From Camelus dromedarius (taxonomy: Eukaryota): 64,000 nucleotides of DNA. The stretch spans positions 13,270,001-13,334,000 of the forward strand of contig NC_087438.1 in assembly GCF_036321535.1 (NCBI RefSeq), read 5' to 3'. Made by a program: the position numbers and the translations under genes. Under the pieces are notes generated by a model that was given only the letters and a program-made list of their open reading frames with translations, ran no database searches and was not told the DNA's origin. Below, one piece after another: positions 41,037-54,397 of the stretch. Positions within the stretch are counted from its first letter, which is position 1. Every line of letters begins with the position of its first letter.

Positions 41037-41090
41037 GATAGATACAAAGATAGATAAATAGATACCTTGATACATAGACAGATAGATAGG
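41037..41090. repeat. Degenerate (GATA)n microsatellite
   Basis: 'gatagatacaaagatagataaatagatac...gatacatagacagatagatagg'. Confidence 0.75.
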
Positions 41091-41559
41091 ATCTAGTTAT
41101 TTTTCTTATATATCCCCATCTCTTTATTCCCTTTGAAATAAATTCAGCATCAACTTCATAAATTGCTTTTTTATGATTTTTTATACTTTTGAAAAAATTT
41201 CATGTACAATCCAATGTTAGATTTTTAAATATTTAACGTTTCTCTTTCACAGGTAAATAAAATATTTTGGTCATTTTAGGATTAACATTTCCTTCATGTG
41301 AACAGTTCAACTCACAGAGACATTAATTCTTGTCTTTGAAGTGGAGAGATCGTGTAACCATATTATTGTAAGTGAACTCTACCTGATGAAAGAGATTCCA
41401 AACTCATATTAGTAATGATAAATTGATTTTTTTGTGTTCTTTTAGACTTGATGGCAAAATTATGAACATTATGATAGAATAGGTTGTTAATATTCATGTC
41501 TACAAGGGACCCCTAAAACATATAAGTTGTATCTCTCAGCCACACCCTTTCTGTTTTTC

Positions 41560-43140
41560 ACCTTTTATTTTTATTTTTTGATATCTCTATTATATTTCTT
41601 TATTATGGATATTACCAAAGAGACACAAAAGTCTCAACCATCACCCAGTTTCAGTAATTATCAATATGTAACCAATCATGTTTCAGTTATACCATCTCCT
41701 ACCTTCTGTATTATTTTTAAATGAACTTCAGATACACAGGATTTTATGTGTACATATACCAATATAACAATTCTAAAAGCTAAATCTTTTAACGTTAGCA
41801 TAGGCTACTGTCATACCTTAAATTTAACAGTAATTCCTTAATATAATCTAATGTTAAGTTAATGTAAAAATTTGTCCCGTGAAAGTCATTTATAAAATAG
41901 TTTTTTAATAAAAATATGGATCATAACAAGGTTCATACTTTTTTTTATTGATATGTCACTTAAACACCTTTTAATCTCCCCCCTCCATTTGTTAAAGATG
42001 GTGGGTCAGTTTTTCTGTAGACAGTTCCACATCAGATTACTGCTTATTAACCCACATAATGCTTTTAACATTTTTCAGTATTTGCCAGAATGCTATATAG
42101 GTGGTATTACATACTCCCTTTCACATGAAATTAAGAGACGTAAAGTCTGACGTTCTTTTTCTCCATCACTAGGCTCAGTTGTTGTCAACCTGATCCATCT
42201 TTATTAAACTGTCCTCCATCAGTTTTTCATCTAATGGTTTTGGCAGACATGTATGGTTATTATCGAAATCCAGTATATTATTAGGAATTGCAAAACGTGT
42301 TTCATTTATTAGACAGAATTGTTGTAAAAATAGACATTTTTCCTCATGAACTATTTGGTTACTCTGAGTTACAGTTCTTAAGGGAAAAGGAATTGAGAAG
42401 CTGGCTGCGCTCCTTCATAAAACAAGTTAGTATTGGTAACCACTAGAGTCAAATAATGTGATTTTCTCTGTAGCGAGTAGCTTTTTGCTTTTCTTTCTCT
42501 CTTTTTTTTTTTCTAGTTTTAGTTTTAGTGTCTTTTTGAAGCCCTCAATTATATATGTATTTTATGTTCCAGTCTGTCCCAGACATCATTATGTTTTGAT
42601 TCTTGCACAGCCCCATTTTGACCCACTGGGGTTTCTTTCAAGTTGACTCTTGTGTATTTCTGATATGAACCCATGTTCTTTGAGAACTTTCTTGCTTTCT
42701 AGTGTAAAAATTATTTCAGGGTCATCTTCTACATTTCTTGCCCTAGACCTGGAATCAGGCCTTTCTTAAAAAGTCCAGGTTTCTTTTTTTGAAAATAGTA
42801 CATAAAGACCAACGATTAGTCAGTCCTTCTAGGTTAATTCAATCAATCTAGCTAGGAAAAATACACATTCTTTTTGAAAATTAAACATGGATTATAAATT
42901 CATGCTGCTATTTTCAATTCAAATTATGATTGCAGGATTTTACATAACTTTCTTAATTTTTAGTTTGTCTCTATTTTAAATTGAAAATTCTTGTTTTTTA
43001 ACTTGGGTAACATAATAATTTATTTGTTTAATCCTACAAAAACTCTAAGAGTTTCAAAGTAACATAATACAATTTATACAAACAATGTAAATATTCATTT
43101 ATTAAACAGTTTAATATTTATTTACAATTCTATTTCATGC
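41560..43140 (-). mobile_element. Old L1 3' UTR (L1MC4/L1ME-like)
   Basis: 'catctaatggttttggcagacat', 'aactatttggttactctgagttacagttc' and 'ttcttgccctagacctggaatcaggcctttc' are characteristic old L1M 3' UTR segments. Confidence 0.65.
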
Positions 43141-43169
43141 TTAAGATATATCACAACAATAATACTATT

Positions 43170-43790
43170 TGTTTCTGGGTACAGCTTACAGAAAATAGGA
43201 GTAGTAGGAAATAAATAAGTGAATACATTCATAATTTTAGATGATATTAAGTGATGTGGAGGAAAAATAGTGAGTGAGAAATATTTTTGGTGGGGTAAGT
43301 TACAGAAAGTCTCACTGAGAAAGGGCTATTTGAAGACAAAACTAAAAAAGAGGGAAAACTTCTCAAAGTTAGGTGAAAAAAGGCTTCTAGGTAGAGGGAA
43401 CAGGAAAGGTATAATCTTGATAAAGCACTGGGCTTGGCGTGCTTTGGTGAAAAGAAGAAGGATAGTCTGGTCAGCCTGGTGGACCATGAGTCCAGTCTCC
43501 ACTCATAGTCAGAATTGTAGATAAGATCAAGAACAGAGTCTTATAGACGATACTAAAGAGATATGTTGTGATGAGAAACCCCCCAGAGGAGAGAGATATG
43601 ATCAGATTTTCACTCACACAACCCTGGATGAATCTTAAAAATGGATGGTCCTGGAGCCACGTGAAAGTGAGAACAATTAGGATGCTACTTACATAATCTG
43701 TGTACGTAGATGATGGTGTCTCAGCCAGAGTGGCAGCAGTATACGTGTGAAGGAGGGCTCAATTAAATGATGATATTCAAAAGTATGGCT
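43170..43790 (-). mobile_element. LINE-2 fragment
   Basis: 'cagaaagtctcactgagaaagggctatttgaagac...ttctaggtagagggaacagg' and 'gatgatggtgtctcagccagagtggcagcag'. Confidence 0.6.
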
Positions 43791-45719
43791 GAAATACTTA
43801 TATTTATGGATGAATTTAACACATTGGGTAATTTTCTCCTTTTCAAAATTATCCTTTTCCTTGGAATTTCTGGCCTTAAGATTCTTGATTTTTATTTTTG
43901 ATGTATTTTTCCTCTTTTCTGACTCATCCTCAGACCTCTTTTAGAACGTTCTTCTTCTCCATGTCTCTAAGTACCTGCACTCTTTGAAGATGCTCTCCGA
44001 AGACCTCTTCTTATTCTAAACCTCCTGCTGTCTGATCTCATCAATTTCCCAAACTTACATTTCCATCTATAGTGGCATTGACTTCCATGTCTATGTCTTC
44101 ATCCTACGTCTCTGCACTTCAAGGATTTACTAGTATTTAAGATGGATTTTACACAACTATTACTCTGATTTTCTTGAAAGCTGAATTTATTGTTTGTTCA
44201 TTATCTCACGGATTGGCACTTCCAGCTGCCCATGGACCCCCCCGTCTGATTCCTGAGGGCTATGTGTGATTTTCCCTCTCCTGGTGCCTTGTTGGGTAAT
44301 CCAAGCCTGTCATATTTTCTCTCTTAATTACTATTACATGATAACATTGCTTTAAAATATTCACTGTCTCAGAAATGCCATGTACAATTTATGTTCTAAA
44401 TTGATGTCGTTTAGTTCATCAGAGGATATTACTGAAGTGTCAGGCAAGTGATGCCATGAGATGTTCTACATTAAATCTTGAGTTGAAGAAAAATTAAACA
44501 CAGAGTTACTGTGCCAGGTAAATGTTGAACACAGGGCTTTGTTGAACAAAGGCCAACAAAAATATCCCAAAGTTAAAAGATAAGATTATTTAAAAATCAT
44601 TCCTCATTGTCTTCTATTTCTGAAATTAACTGAGGAAAATAATAAAAGTGAAAATCCTTTTTCCCTCTAGATGTGTCACATGAGAACATGTGTCTGTGTG
44701 CTAAGATGTACCTGAAGTTTGATTAGGAATTATTTTGATGGTTCCAAGAATTTCCAAAATTATTTTGGCCCTGTTTTTTGACTGTTCATTTATTTGTTTC
44801 ATTCCCATCCCTTTGAGAAGTAAACACAGAATCTTGAAATGTCATGTGTCTAAGATAAGTCTAAGAATCTAAGACTAACCTAATTTCATCATATCCACCA
44901 TTTTTGCTTTAGAGCAACTTATAACCCTGAAAATCTTTCCCTTAATAGTTCTCTGAACACAGAGTGAAAGAATGAGAGAAATAAGGAGCACATTGTGCTT
45001 CAGACTTTAACCAAGGTTTCTTTATTTATGGTCAGCAGCTTGAAAGCTTACAAATTAAATGTGCACCAAAAAGTGAATTTCACATATGTTGGGAAAATTA
45101 GGAGCTGTCATTCTTCATTCAGCCATTCAAAGCAAGCCAGAAGCCAACCTAGAAAGAAATTTACACTTGAAAATTCTCTTTTGTTGTCATTCTCTCTGTA
45201 TGCAGATATTGTCCTGATTGAATGAAACTCCCTTTTGAAGTAGACCACACCTAAAGTTATTATTATTATTATTTTTCATTCTACTTCTATGATTTGGAAG
45301 CTCTGATTCTGGAATGACTTCTAGAGAAAAACATACTCTTAATTTCTATCATTTAAAGAGAAATAAAATATACCATGCTTTCATCATGTTATTCCATGTA
45401 TAACATCTCCCTTCATATAATTGTGAAACAACATACTCCTTTTCATTGGAGTTTTAATTTTTGAACATTGAGTGATCAATTAACTAGTTCTTTAGGTGTA
45501 AATTATTATATGTCCAAATACAGTTATATTATTTTTCTTTAATTTCTTAAATTGAATATAACACACACATACACCATGAGTTTTTAAGAAATTCCTAGTA
45601 ATTGACATTTAGATTTATTCACAATATAAAAATACTTAAGGATTGTCTATTTACAATTGTCCTTATAGGGTAAACTCCTGAATGTTCCTTCCTTTGAGAT
45701 TTCATTATAGTTTCTTTTT

Positions 45720-45998
45720 TTTTTTTTTTTTTGGCAGGGCAAGGAATAGTGACTTTATTTGGAAAGCTGGCTGATGGAGAAGATAGCAAACTAATGTTCT
45801 GAAGGACCATCTTCCCCAAGTCAGAATTCAGGCTCCTTTTCTACTAAAAAGAAAAGAGGGTATTGTTGGTTGTTGCAAACTTGTTGGTTTAGGAATTCTT
45901 TGTTCTTGGCAGCCGTCCATGTGGGTCGGGTCATGGTGCCCCTGTGAAACCTCCAACAAAACAAGTGTTATTTTCTGCTCTGCAACTTGTTATCTTTC
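45720..45998 (-). mobile_element. LTR-derived polyadenylated retrocopy (ERV1-like U3-R segment plus poly(A)) with L1-type TSD
   Basis: The minus strand reads LTR-like body, AATAAA, about 21 nt, then poly(A). Flanked by TA(T/C)AGTTTCTTTTT at 45706-45719 and 45999-46012. Confidence 0.75.
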
Positions 45999-46224
45999 TA
46001 CAGTTTCTTTTTGTTAACTTTTCAGTTTTCATGCTATAGTAGCAGAGGAGTATTGAGCCGCTTGAGAGTTTTTAGGAGGTCATTGCCAAGAAGGACTAAT
46101 CACGTCACGTAAACACCATGTAGTCCTCAATATCATAGTCTGTTTTTTTAAAGGAAATATAACTTCTTTCCTGAAATGAGCTGAAATCCTGATTTTGATA
46201 GTATTTCTTATCGATAAATGTAAC

Positions 46225-48060
46225 TGTAATATTTTAACAGTTTTATTGGAGTATGATTGACTCACCATAAATGCATCCATTTTAAGTATACAATTCTTTT
46301 TTGCAATTTTATAAAGATTTAGATCTTTTTGTATATTTATAGAATTCTGCAGGCATCACCACAATGCAATTTGAGAACATTTCCATAAACACAAAGCGTT
46401 CCATCATGCTTGCTTACAGTTACTACATGCTCCTTCTTTTAGATGTAGGTAACACTGATCTGCTTTTGTTCTCTAAAATTTTGCATTTTCTGTACATTTT
46501 ATAAAAATGAAATCACATAATATGTAGTCCTTTTGTTTTTTTCACTTAGCATAATATTTTGAGTCTCTTCCATACCATAGCATGCATTTTGTTCCCTTAT
46601 AATGCCACATTGTATTCAGTTGTTTAGATTATCACTTTTGTTTATCTATTTACAAGTTGTTGGACATATGAATTATTTCCAGATTGGAGCTATTAAGAAT
46701 AATTCGGTTATAAACATTAATATACATGTCTTTTTGTGAATATATGTCTTTATTTCTCTTGGGTAGGTTTCTAGGAGTGGGATTATCAATCATGTAAGTT
46801 TGTATTTAAATTTTAAAGAAAAAACTAACCTGTTTTCTAGATTGACTATCATTTTCACTTCTATTAGCGAAATTTGAATATTCCTGTTTATATCTTTGTT
46901 AACACTTAATACCATCTTTCTTTTTTTATAGCTTTTTAAATTGGTGTGTATTGGTACCTCACTATGGTCTTAATTTATCAATAAGAAAAGATGTTGAGCA
47001 TCTTTTCATGTGCTTTTAGCTATTTTTATATTTTATTTAGCAACATGACTATTCAAATACTTGTCTATTTTAAAATCATATTTTCTCTTTAAATTGTAAT
47101 AATGTTTCATATATTATTGATATAATACTTTATGAGATATTTTAATTCCTGAATTTGCTAATTTGTGTTTTCTCTCTTTTTTTTCTTGGTCAGGATAGCT
47201 ATGATTTGGCAATTTTTTTTTTTGATCTTTTAAAGAATCATATTTTGTTGCCATTCTGTATTGCTTTCCATTTTCTATTTCATTGATTTCTTCCTTAATC
47301 TTTGCTGTTTCTTATTTGTACATGTTTGGATTTAGGTTGTCCTTTTATTTCCATTTTATAAGATGAAAGCTCATTATTGATATAAGATATTTCTTCTTTT
47401 TTGATATGTACAAAGTTATAAATCATCCTCAAGATACTGCTTTAGAGGCATTCATCAATTTTAATTTGCTCTGTTACCATTTCCATTCAGTTGACACTTC
47501 TATCTAATTTATTTTGAGACATTTTCTTTGAATTATCGATTATGTAAAATTATCCAAGTTTATTTCTAAGTATCTGGAGATTTTCCAAATTTCTTTTAAT
47601 TTTTGATTTCTAGTTTAATTTTATTGTGGTCAATCCTTTTAAATCTATTGGGACTTGTTGTGTAGCTTAAAACATGGTCTATTCTAAAAAAGTATTTCTA
47701 AGTGCACTTGCTAAGAATGGACATTCTACTGTTCTTGGATACAATGCGCTATATATTTCAGTTAGGTTGGTTTGATTAATACTGTTGTTCAAATTTTCTA
47801 TAACCTTTCTGATTTTTCCAACTTGAAATGTTATCAATTATTTATAGTGAGGGGTGAAATTATCCAACTACTAATGTTGAATTGTATATTTCTCCTTTCA
47901 AAATCATTGGCTTTTGCTCTTTATGTTTTGTGGATCTACTTCAGAGATTGATACTTTATTATTGTGAAATATCTCTTTTGTTTCAAATAATATTTCTTGA
48001 CTTAAAGTTTATTTTGTCTGACCTTAATATATACTAATAGATAGTTTACTGTTGTATTAT
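46225..48060 (-). mobile_element. Old L1 (L1MB/MD-like 3' UTR plus ORF2 fragments)
   Basis: 'gttttattggagtatgattgac...ttttaagtatacaatt', 'gatgttgagcatcttttcatgtgctt' and 'ttgatttctagtttaattttattgtggtc' are antisense L1. Confidence 0.85.
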
Positions 48061-48144
48061 TTGATCATTATTTTACTTCAAATGATCGGTTTCTTGAAAT
48101 ATAATGTGGACGGTGGAGATATATATATATATAAATCCATACTA

Positions 48145-48980
48145 ACAATAGTGAAGTAATTTGAATTTGCATTTCCCTGATGATTTCTGATGTTGAGCTT
48201 CTATTCATATAGCTGGTGGCTGTTTGTATGTCTTCTTTAGAGAAATGTGTATTCAAATCTTTTCCCAACTTTTAAGTGGGTGATTTGAGGGGTTTTGTTT
48301 GTTTGTTTGGCTGTTGTGCTGTAGGCGTTCCTTGTATATTTTGGATGTTAAGCCCATGGGGATAGGTCTGGTCTTAGGCTTTTCTTTGTTGGGAGGTTTA
48401 TGATTACAGATTCATTTCAGTGTTATGGTTTGTTCAGTTTCCTGTTTCTTTATGATTCAGCCTTGGTAGGTTGGATGTTTCTAAGAAGTGATTTATTTCT
48501 TCTAGGTTATTCAATTTGTTAGCATGTAATTGTTCATGTTAGTCTCTTAAGATCCTATTTAATACTGTGGCATCAGTTGTAACATTCTGTTTATTTGGTC
48601 ATTGAGTCTTTTTTTTTAAGTATAGTTAAATATTTGTCAAATTTGTTATCTTTTCAAAAAACCAACTCATTTTCAATGCAGGATCTTTCATCCTGTTCTC
48701 TTATTTGCCTTTTTTTTTTTTTTTTTGCATTTCTGTTCTAATATTTAGCATTTTGTTTCTTCTGATAACATGGACCTTTGTTTGTCAACTTTTTCTAGTT
48801 CCTTACAGTGTAAAACACTTATCTGTGATCTTTTTTTAATGCAGTATCACTATAAGCTTTCTTCTTAGTATTGCTTTTGTAGAAATAATGCTATTTCCCA
48901 CAAGTTTCAGTAAGTTGTATTTTCATTTTCATTTATTTCAAGGTCTTCTCTAATTTCCCCTTTGATTTTGTCTTTCAAGC
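48145..48980 (-). mobile_element. L1 ORF2 fragments
   Basis: ORF 48068-48268 (-) 'GKDLNTHFSKEDIQTATSYMNRSSTSEIIREMQIQ' matches L1 ORF2 'AKDLNRHFSKEDIQMANRHMKRCSTSLIIREMQIK'. Confidence 0.9.
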
Positions 48981-50091
48981 GGTATACATAAAGGCAACTG
49001 TATTTTGGTCAACAACAAATGTATTGATTATAATGAAAATTAATTGAGTTATCTTTATTTAAACTGTGAAGGGAGGTCAAATATTACATATACTCATTAA
49101 TACCTTGAAAAGTCAGAAAGTCATAGCATAGAAGAGCACACACTGAATATTTCATGAAAATTCTATTAGTAAAATTTGAGTTAGTTATTTAAATGTAGCA
49201 TAAAGTCATGAAAGTCTTGCATTTCTCATCAAGTCATTTTCATAGTGAGGCAATTCTTATCTTCTATATATGAAATTGAGGGATAAATTACCAGTCAACT
49301 TTCTCCAGGAAGCATGAACACACGAGTCGGGTAATTTTTCTGTGAGTTAATAATTAATCAGTTGACTGTTTATAGGTGCATCAGTGGTTTATCACTTATC
49401 AACAAGTGATAATGGAGTATTTTTAAAAGAAAGGGAGGAGATCTACCAATGCAGTCCATTCAGAATACTCAGGATGGAGGGACACAAACTGGACCTGAGG
49501 CACCAATCAAAGACATCTGGCACCAAGATCTACTAAGGTTTTTACTCTTTAGTATAAATAAAAATTCTCAGCTTAGTTCCTATTTTTAGCTATGCAATTT
49601 TGCTCTGACCATAAATAGATTTATTCTATTTCACAATTTCTGTATAGTTTTATCATTATCTAGTGAAAAAAAACTACTCATGTTACCAAACTGCTTTTTA
49701 AAACACTCCTTTAAATATTTATTGTAACCAGACATTTTGTCCCTGCAGGTTTACAGGTTATTATAATAAAGGCAATAAGAGGAAGATGACATAATTAAAA
49801 AGTTATTTTTATTGTAAGATAAAATTATCCAATTATCCTCAACAATATAATCCATAGACAGACAATAGTGAAAGAATTCTAAAATATGCCATAAATTGAC
49901 CTAGAAGGAATGAAAGCATTTTCCCATAGCACAATTTAATGCAACAAAATATTATTGAAAAATATTGCATACATTTTAGGTATATTCAAATCCACTTTTA
50001 AATGTTTTGCTTTCATAAATGCATTCCAGGTATGTTACATGTGAAATATTCCTGGCTGAAATTTTAAACTTGGTATATCACTAGTTCTGTA

Positions 50092-50705
50092 TACATTTAT
50101 TTTTATTTTCTTGTAATCTAAAGTTCCCTTTTTAATTGAAGTTCTTACAAGGAAAGCAAATCAATTTAAAGAAAAGAGTTAAGAAAATAGCAGAAAAGGT
50201 TGCCCTGCATCTGTGGAGTGAAGGTGGCCTGGAAATGCCTGGAGTCTGGAAAACCCTGGATGGTGGGGACAGTAGAGCTGAGTACTTGCAGTCAGGGTGC
50301 CCTGTAAGCTCCACTGTGTGATCAGGGCATCTTGGGGACCTGCATCTGCTCGTTGGCCAGGCCCAAGCAGTGAGCTAATTCCAAAAGCTGGCAGAATGGA
50401 AGGGCACTGGAGTTGTACCTGGAATCCACGCTGGCCACGAGCTAAGAATCACCCCAGCATCATCCTTGCCTTGAGGTATCAGATGGGAGCCTTGGGGCCA
50501 GCCATCCAGGCTTATGAATGCGTTGAATGACAGGTTGACCCAGCACCAGTCCTCTGTGATCAGTTGTCCATAGGGATGGAGCCTCCAGTCCAGGTCTGAC
50601 AGAGGCCTTCTGCAGCGGCCTTCTGCATGGGGGAGGTGGAGGGACTTGAGGCAGGTTGATCAGGGCCCAGAAGGTGCATAAGCCTGGGGGAGCTGCCTGT
50701 TTCCC
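50092..50705 (-). pseudogene. Candidate decayed processed-pseudogene fragment, parent gene unidentified
   Basis: GC-rich island with a strongly G/C-ending codon frame at 50450-50166 (-), interrupted by TAG/TGA stops. It is followed by ATTAAA and an A-rich tract. TTCTGTA occurs on both flanks. Confidence 0.5.
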
Positions 50706-51409
50706 TTCTGTAAGGAGTGTAAAGAGACAGAGGAAGGAGACCAGAAACCAGAATTTCAGCTCCAACTCTCTCCCAACTGGTTGTGTCCTTGGCAAGTCAA
50801 AGGTATACATACCATTTTCAATATTATATTTACTCTTTTACTTACTGAATCATTTTTTACAAATATTTATCAGGTGACTTCTGTGCATCAAGAATTCTCT
50901 AGATGCTGATAAAAATAAAGTTCCCGCCTTTAAGGAATTCATTTATTTTCAAGTTTTTCAGAGGTAACTAATTCTCTGAGTATCAGTTTAGTAAAGCTCT
51001 ACTTTTTTAGCATACTATTATACGTTAAATTGTATAAGTGATTACAAATGTTAAACTCTCATTGTGTGTGTGTGCACATACATATGTTTCTTGATTCCCA
51101 CATGAGGCTCACAGGGAACAGGGGACTCAGTAAATGGTTAATTGGAATTTCCTCTAAAGCGTTACATTAGCCAAACAGATCGTTTGATTTGTGTGCATGT
51201 TACAGAAACAGAGCGAGAAACTTGAGAACCCATCAATAAAGAGGTTCCTTATTTGCCTAATTATTTTCATATAGGTTTCAGGCAATATTACAATATGTAT
51301 TTTGTAATGTGATTAATTTGTAACTGGTTAAATTATATCATCTTTTATGCCTGGAGCCAAGTAGTAGATAAATTACATGTATGACAGTCATTATTTTATT
51401 GATCTCTTT

Positions 51410-51489
51410 AATTAATTAATTAATTATTAAAGTGTTGTCAGTTATAATGTGTCAATTTCTGGTGTACAGCACAATGTCCCAGTCATGCA
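51410..51489 (-). mobile_element. Extremely 5'-truncated young L1 3' end
   Basis: 'gtcagttataatgtgtcaatttctggtgtacagcacaatgtcccagtcatgca' is an L1 3' terminus. The tail is converted to (TTAA)n. TSD GATCTCTTT at 51401-51409 and 51490-51498. Confidence 0.8.
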
Positions 51490-53971
51490 GATCTCTTTTA
51501 GATAATTATAACAAACACCTGAGGTCAGAAAGAAGTTCTGATGGGAAAGAATCTCTCTTAATTCATGCTGTATGTAAATGTTTAATTCCTGGCATTTAAG
51601 TATCAAAGGAATCTCTTTAGAGAAGTAGTATTTATTTAGTGTAATTCCTGTTGGTATTTCAAACAGATTTCTCCAATTAAATTAATTTTCTTTGTTTTTT
51701 AAATAAGTTTCTTTAAAAATATGCACTTGGAGACTCTAATATCAATTGCTATTTATGTTTTTTCAAGGAATGGATTTCTTTCAATTAATTTTATTTCTTT
51801 AATAGAGATCTCAAGCTTTGAACCTCTCAAGATTTTTCTCGCTCAATCCTTGTTTGTAAGTGTCTTTGCCATCCTCTAATTTCTGTGAGGAGCTCCCTTC
51901 ATCACTAGAAACATAATGTTGCTGGAGGGGCTAAAATAATCTAATATTTCAATATCTAAAATTTCAATGTTTTTTCCTAAGTGTACTGAGAATTCCTCAA
52001 ATTCTAGGTGAAACAAATTTATATCTTAGGTAATTATATATCTTGGCTCTCACAATTAGCACTTTGGTTTTTTGATTAAATAATGACAACAGCTGAACTT
52101 TAGTTCTGAGTGTTGGGTTCAGTTTTACAGCTAAAAATCTTATTTTAGTTTTTATTCAAATACGATAAATATTTTCTATGAAAATAGCCCTTGAAAAATG
52201 AGTTCTAAATTTACTTACTAGATTTCTCTGCTCTAATTTACTTACAAGTAGAGATTAAAAACAATGAAATGTTTCCTAAATACAATAAAACACACTATGA
52301 ATCAAATATTGTTTAAATGGATCAGTCTTGCCTAGTACATATTCAAAATAGAAGTGTGATTTATCTCAGCAGCCTTAACACTTATAATAAAGATATTTTA
52401 AATAAAATGTGATTAAACCATAAATAAGTGGCTGACTGGTTTTGGCAAACTCTCACATTTTTTGTATATCACAGTGCTACCAGTTGTTCAATACATGGAC
52501 ACATCAAGCACTGTGACAGGTATGGCCCTCCAGTTCACTTAAGCTAGTTTGCTAATAACTGCCTTTTGCTCATTGCATAGCTCTTGTCTGCAGTTTTATA
52601 TTTCCTTTGTGAGCTTTTTTTTTTTCAACAAAATGTTCAAAGCTCACACAACATAACAAACATGAACATGTATAATTTCAAGAACTTTTCATACTTTATA
52701 GCCAAAGGCACTTTGTAATATTATTTTTTTTTCCTACAGATCATCTTAATAAACCAAATATTTCAAACGGTTTTGAGAAGAATATTAGTGTATAACAAGG
52801 TTGCATTGTTTTCCTGATCAATAATCTACCACTTTTGACCAATAAATTTATATATAAATATAAATATATTTATCTATCTATCTTAATATGTTTAAGAGTT
52901 GGAGGCAGAGGCATCTAAACCCAAAAAGGATGATGGTTTGTATAAAAATTACTTTTTTCTTCAATATGAGAAGATATCAATCTTTGATTTTACTTTCAAT
53001 AAACTTGTTATTGCTTCCAAACAATATATTTTTCTTTCAAAGATGATTTAGACCTTGATAGGAAGAAATGAAAATTAAATGACATGAAACATAAAAACTC
53101 CCACTGTATCTATATATGTATCTCTTTGTATGTAATATTATTTCAACCTTCATGCTGATAGTTTGTATGAACTACGGATAGAAACTATATTCTTTCTTAT
53201 GCCTGACTCTTATTTTCTATGGACAAATTAAATGTAATTTCCAGTATGCTCTTTTGTTTTCAAATTATGACACATTAAATACTCAATTTTCTAAACTATG
53301 TATCAATATAATCAAATATTTGTACATTAAATACCCCATTTGTGATACCAAGCTTTTAGATTTTTTGCATAAATATTAATTTATTTATTTGTAATAAACA
53401 AAGATTTTCCTAAGTTATGTATTAAATATGTTTGTGATTATTTTATTAAAAATGTCAGATGTAAAGACAGTTTTGAATGATCCTAGCAGTTTTCAGCAAT
53501 AAGCTAGGGGGTGTTGGTCATATAGCACAATGTATACACAATGTGTAAGTTTCAGACACAGAGTAGCCTTTTATTTTAGTCAGTTCCTAGAATGTCTTTC
53601 TGATTCTTATTTGATTTGTTTTCTTTGCCTGCTATATCAGCCAATTAATTTCCATGAAGATATATTCTGAGGAAAGTGTTTTTTGTTTTATTGAAAATAA
53701 TGTGTCAATTGATAGTCACTGAATTTAAAATAACTAAGTCAATTAAAAGTATGTTTTAATACTTATAATGTACCATGAAAATTTTTCTCTGATTTTAAAC
53801 AATCTATTGGTAGAGTGAGAGACTAATTTTCCTTCTAACAGCATTGTAATATATTCTTTAAATGTTTGGAAAGTACTGTGGAAAATTATTCTACAAAGAG
53901 GCCTATAATTATAGCTATTGATAGTTTTCCCTTGTTTGATTTGCCTGTGAAGAGATCTTCTGTAACTTTCT

Positions 53972-54140
53972 TAATTTTTATTGAAATGTAGTTGTTATAA
54001 AACACTATATTTATTTCAAGTGTACAACATGTTGATTTGACCTATGTATATATTGAGAAATGATCACTACAATGAGTCCAATTAACATCTGAACCATATA
54101 TATTTACAAACTTTTTTCTTGTCATGATAAACTTTTAGTT
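53972..54140 (-). mobile_element. L1MA-like 3' end fragment
   Basis: 'ttttattgaaatgtagttg...tttcaagtgtacaacatgttgatttgac...aaatgatcactacaat'. Confidence 0.75.
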
Positions 54141-54397
54141 TTTAATATGTGATTAATTAGTTAATTAGAAATTTTATTTCATTGCTTACTCTTACAGTTT
54201 GAATTACCTCATTTGGCACATTCTTCATTATGGTCTATCATTTTATTTTGTGATATTTCATTTTGTGACTTATTATATGATCAGCTCTGCATATCCAGTT
54301 TTCCTAGCATATGTTTTGCTGTCATTAAGAAAAGCTAACATAATACACTTAAGAGTAAGAAAGCCTCAGTGTGAATATTTACATGGCCAACTTTGTC

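Noticed and set aside
49389..49412. 9-bp inverted repeat TTATCACTT/AAGTGATAA
   Set aside because: Short and AT-rich, so plausible by chance in 64 kb.
50460..50810. 116-aa minus-strand ORF as a real gene
   Set aside because: Its N-terminus derives from a MIR-like segment (about 50720-50810); the rest is better explained as part of the decayed pseudogene candidate.
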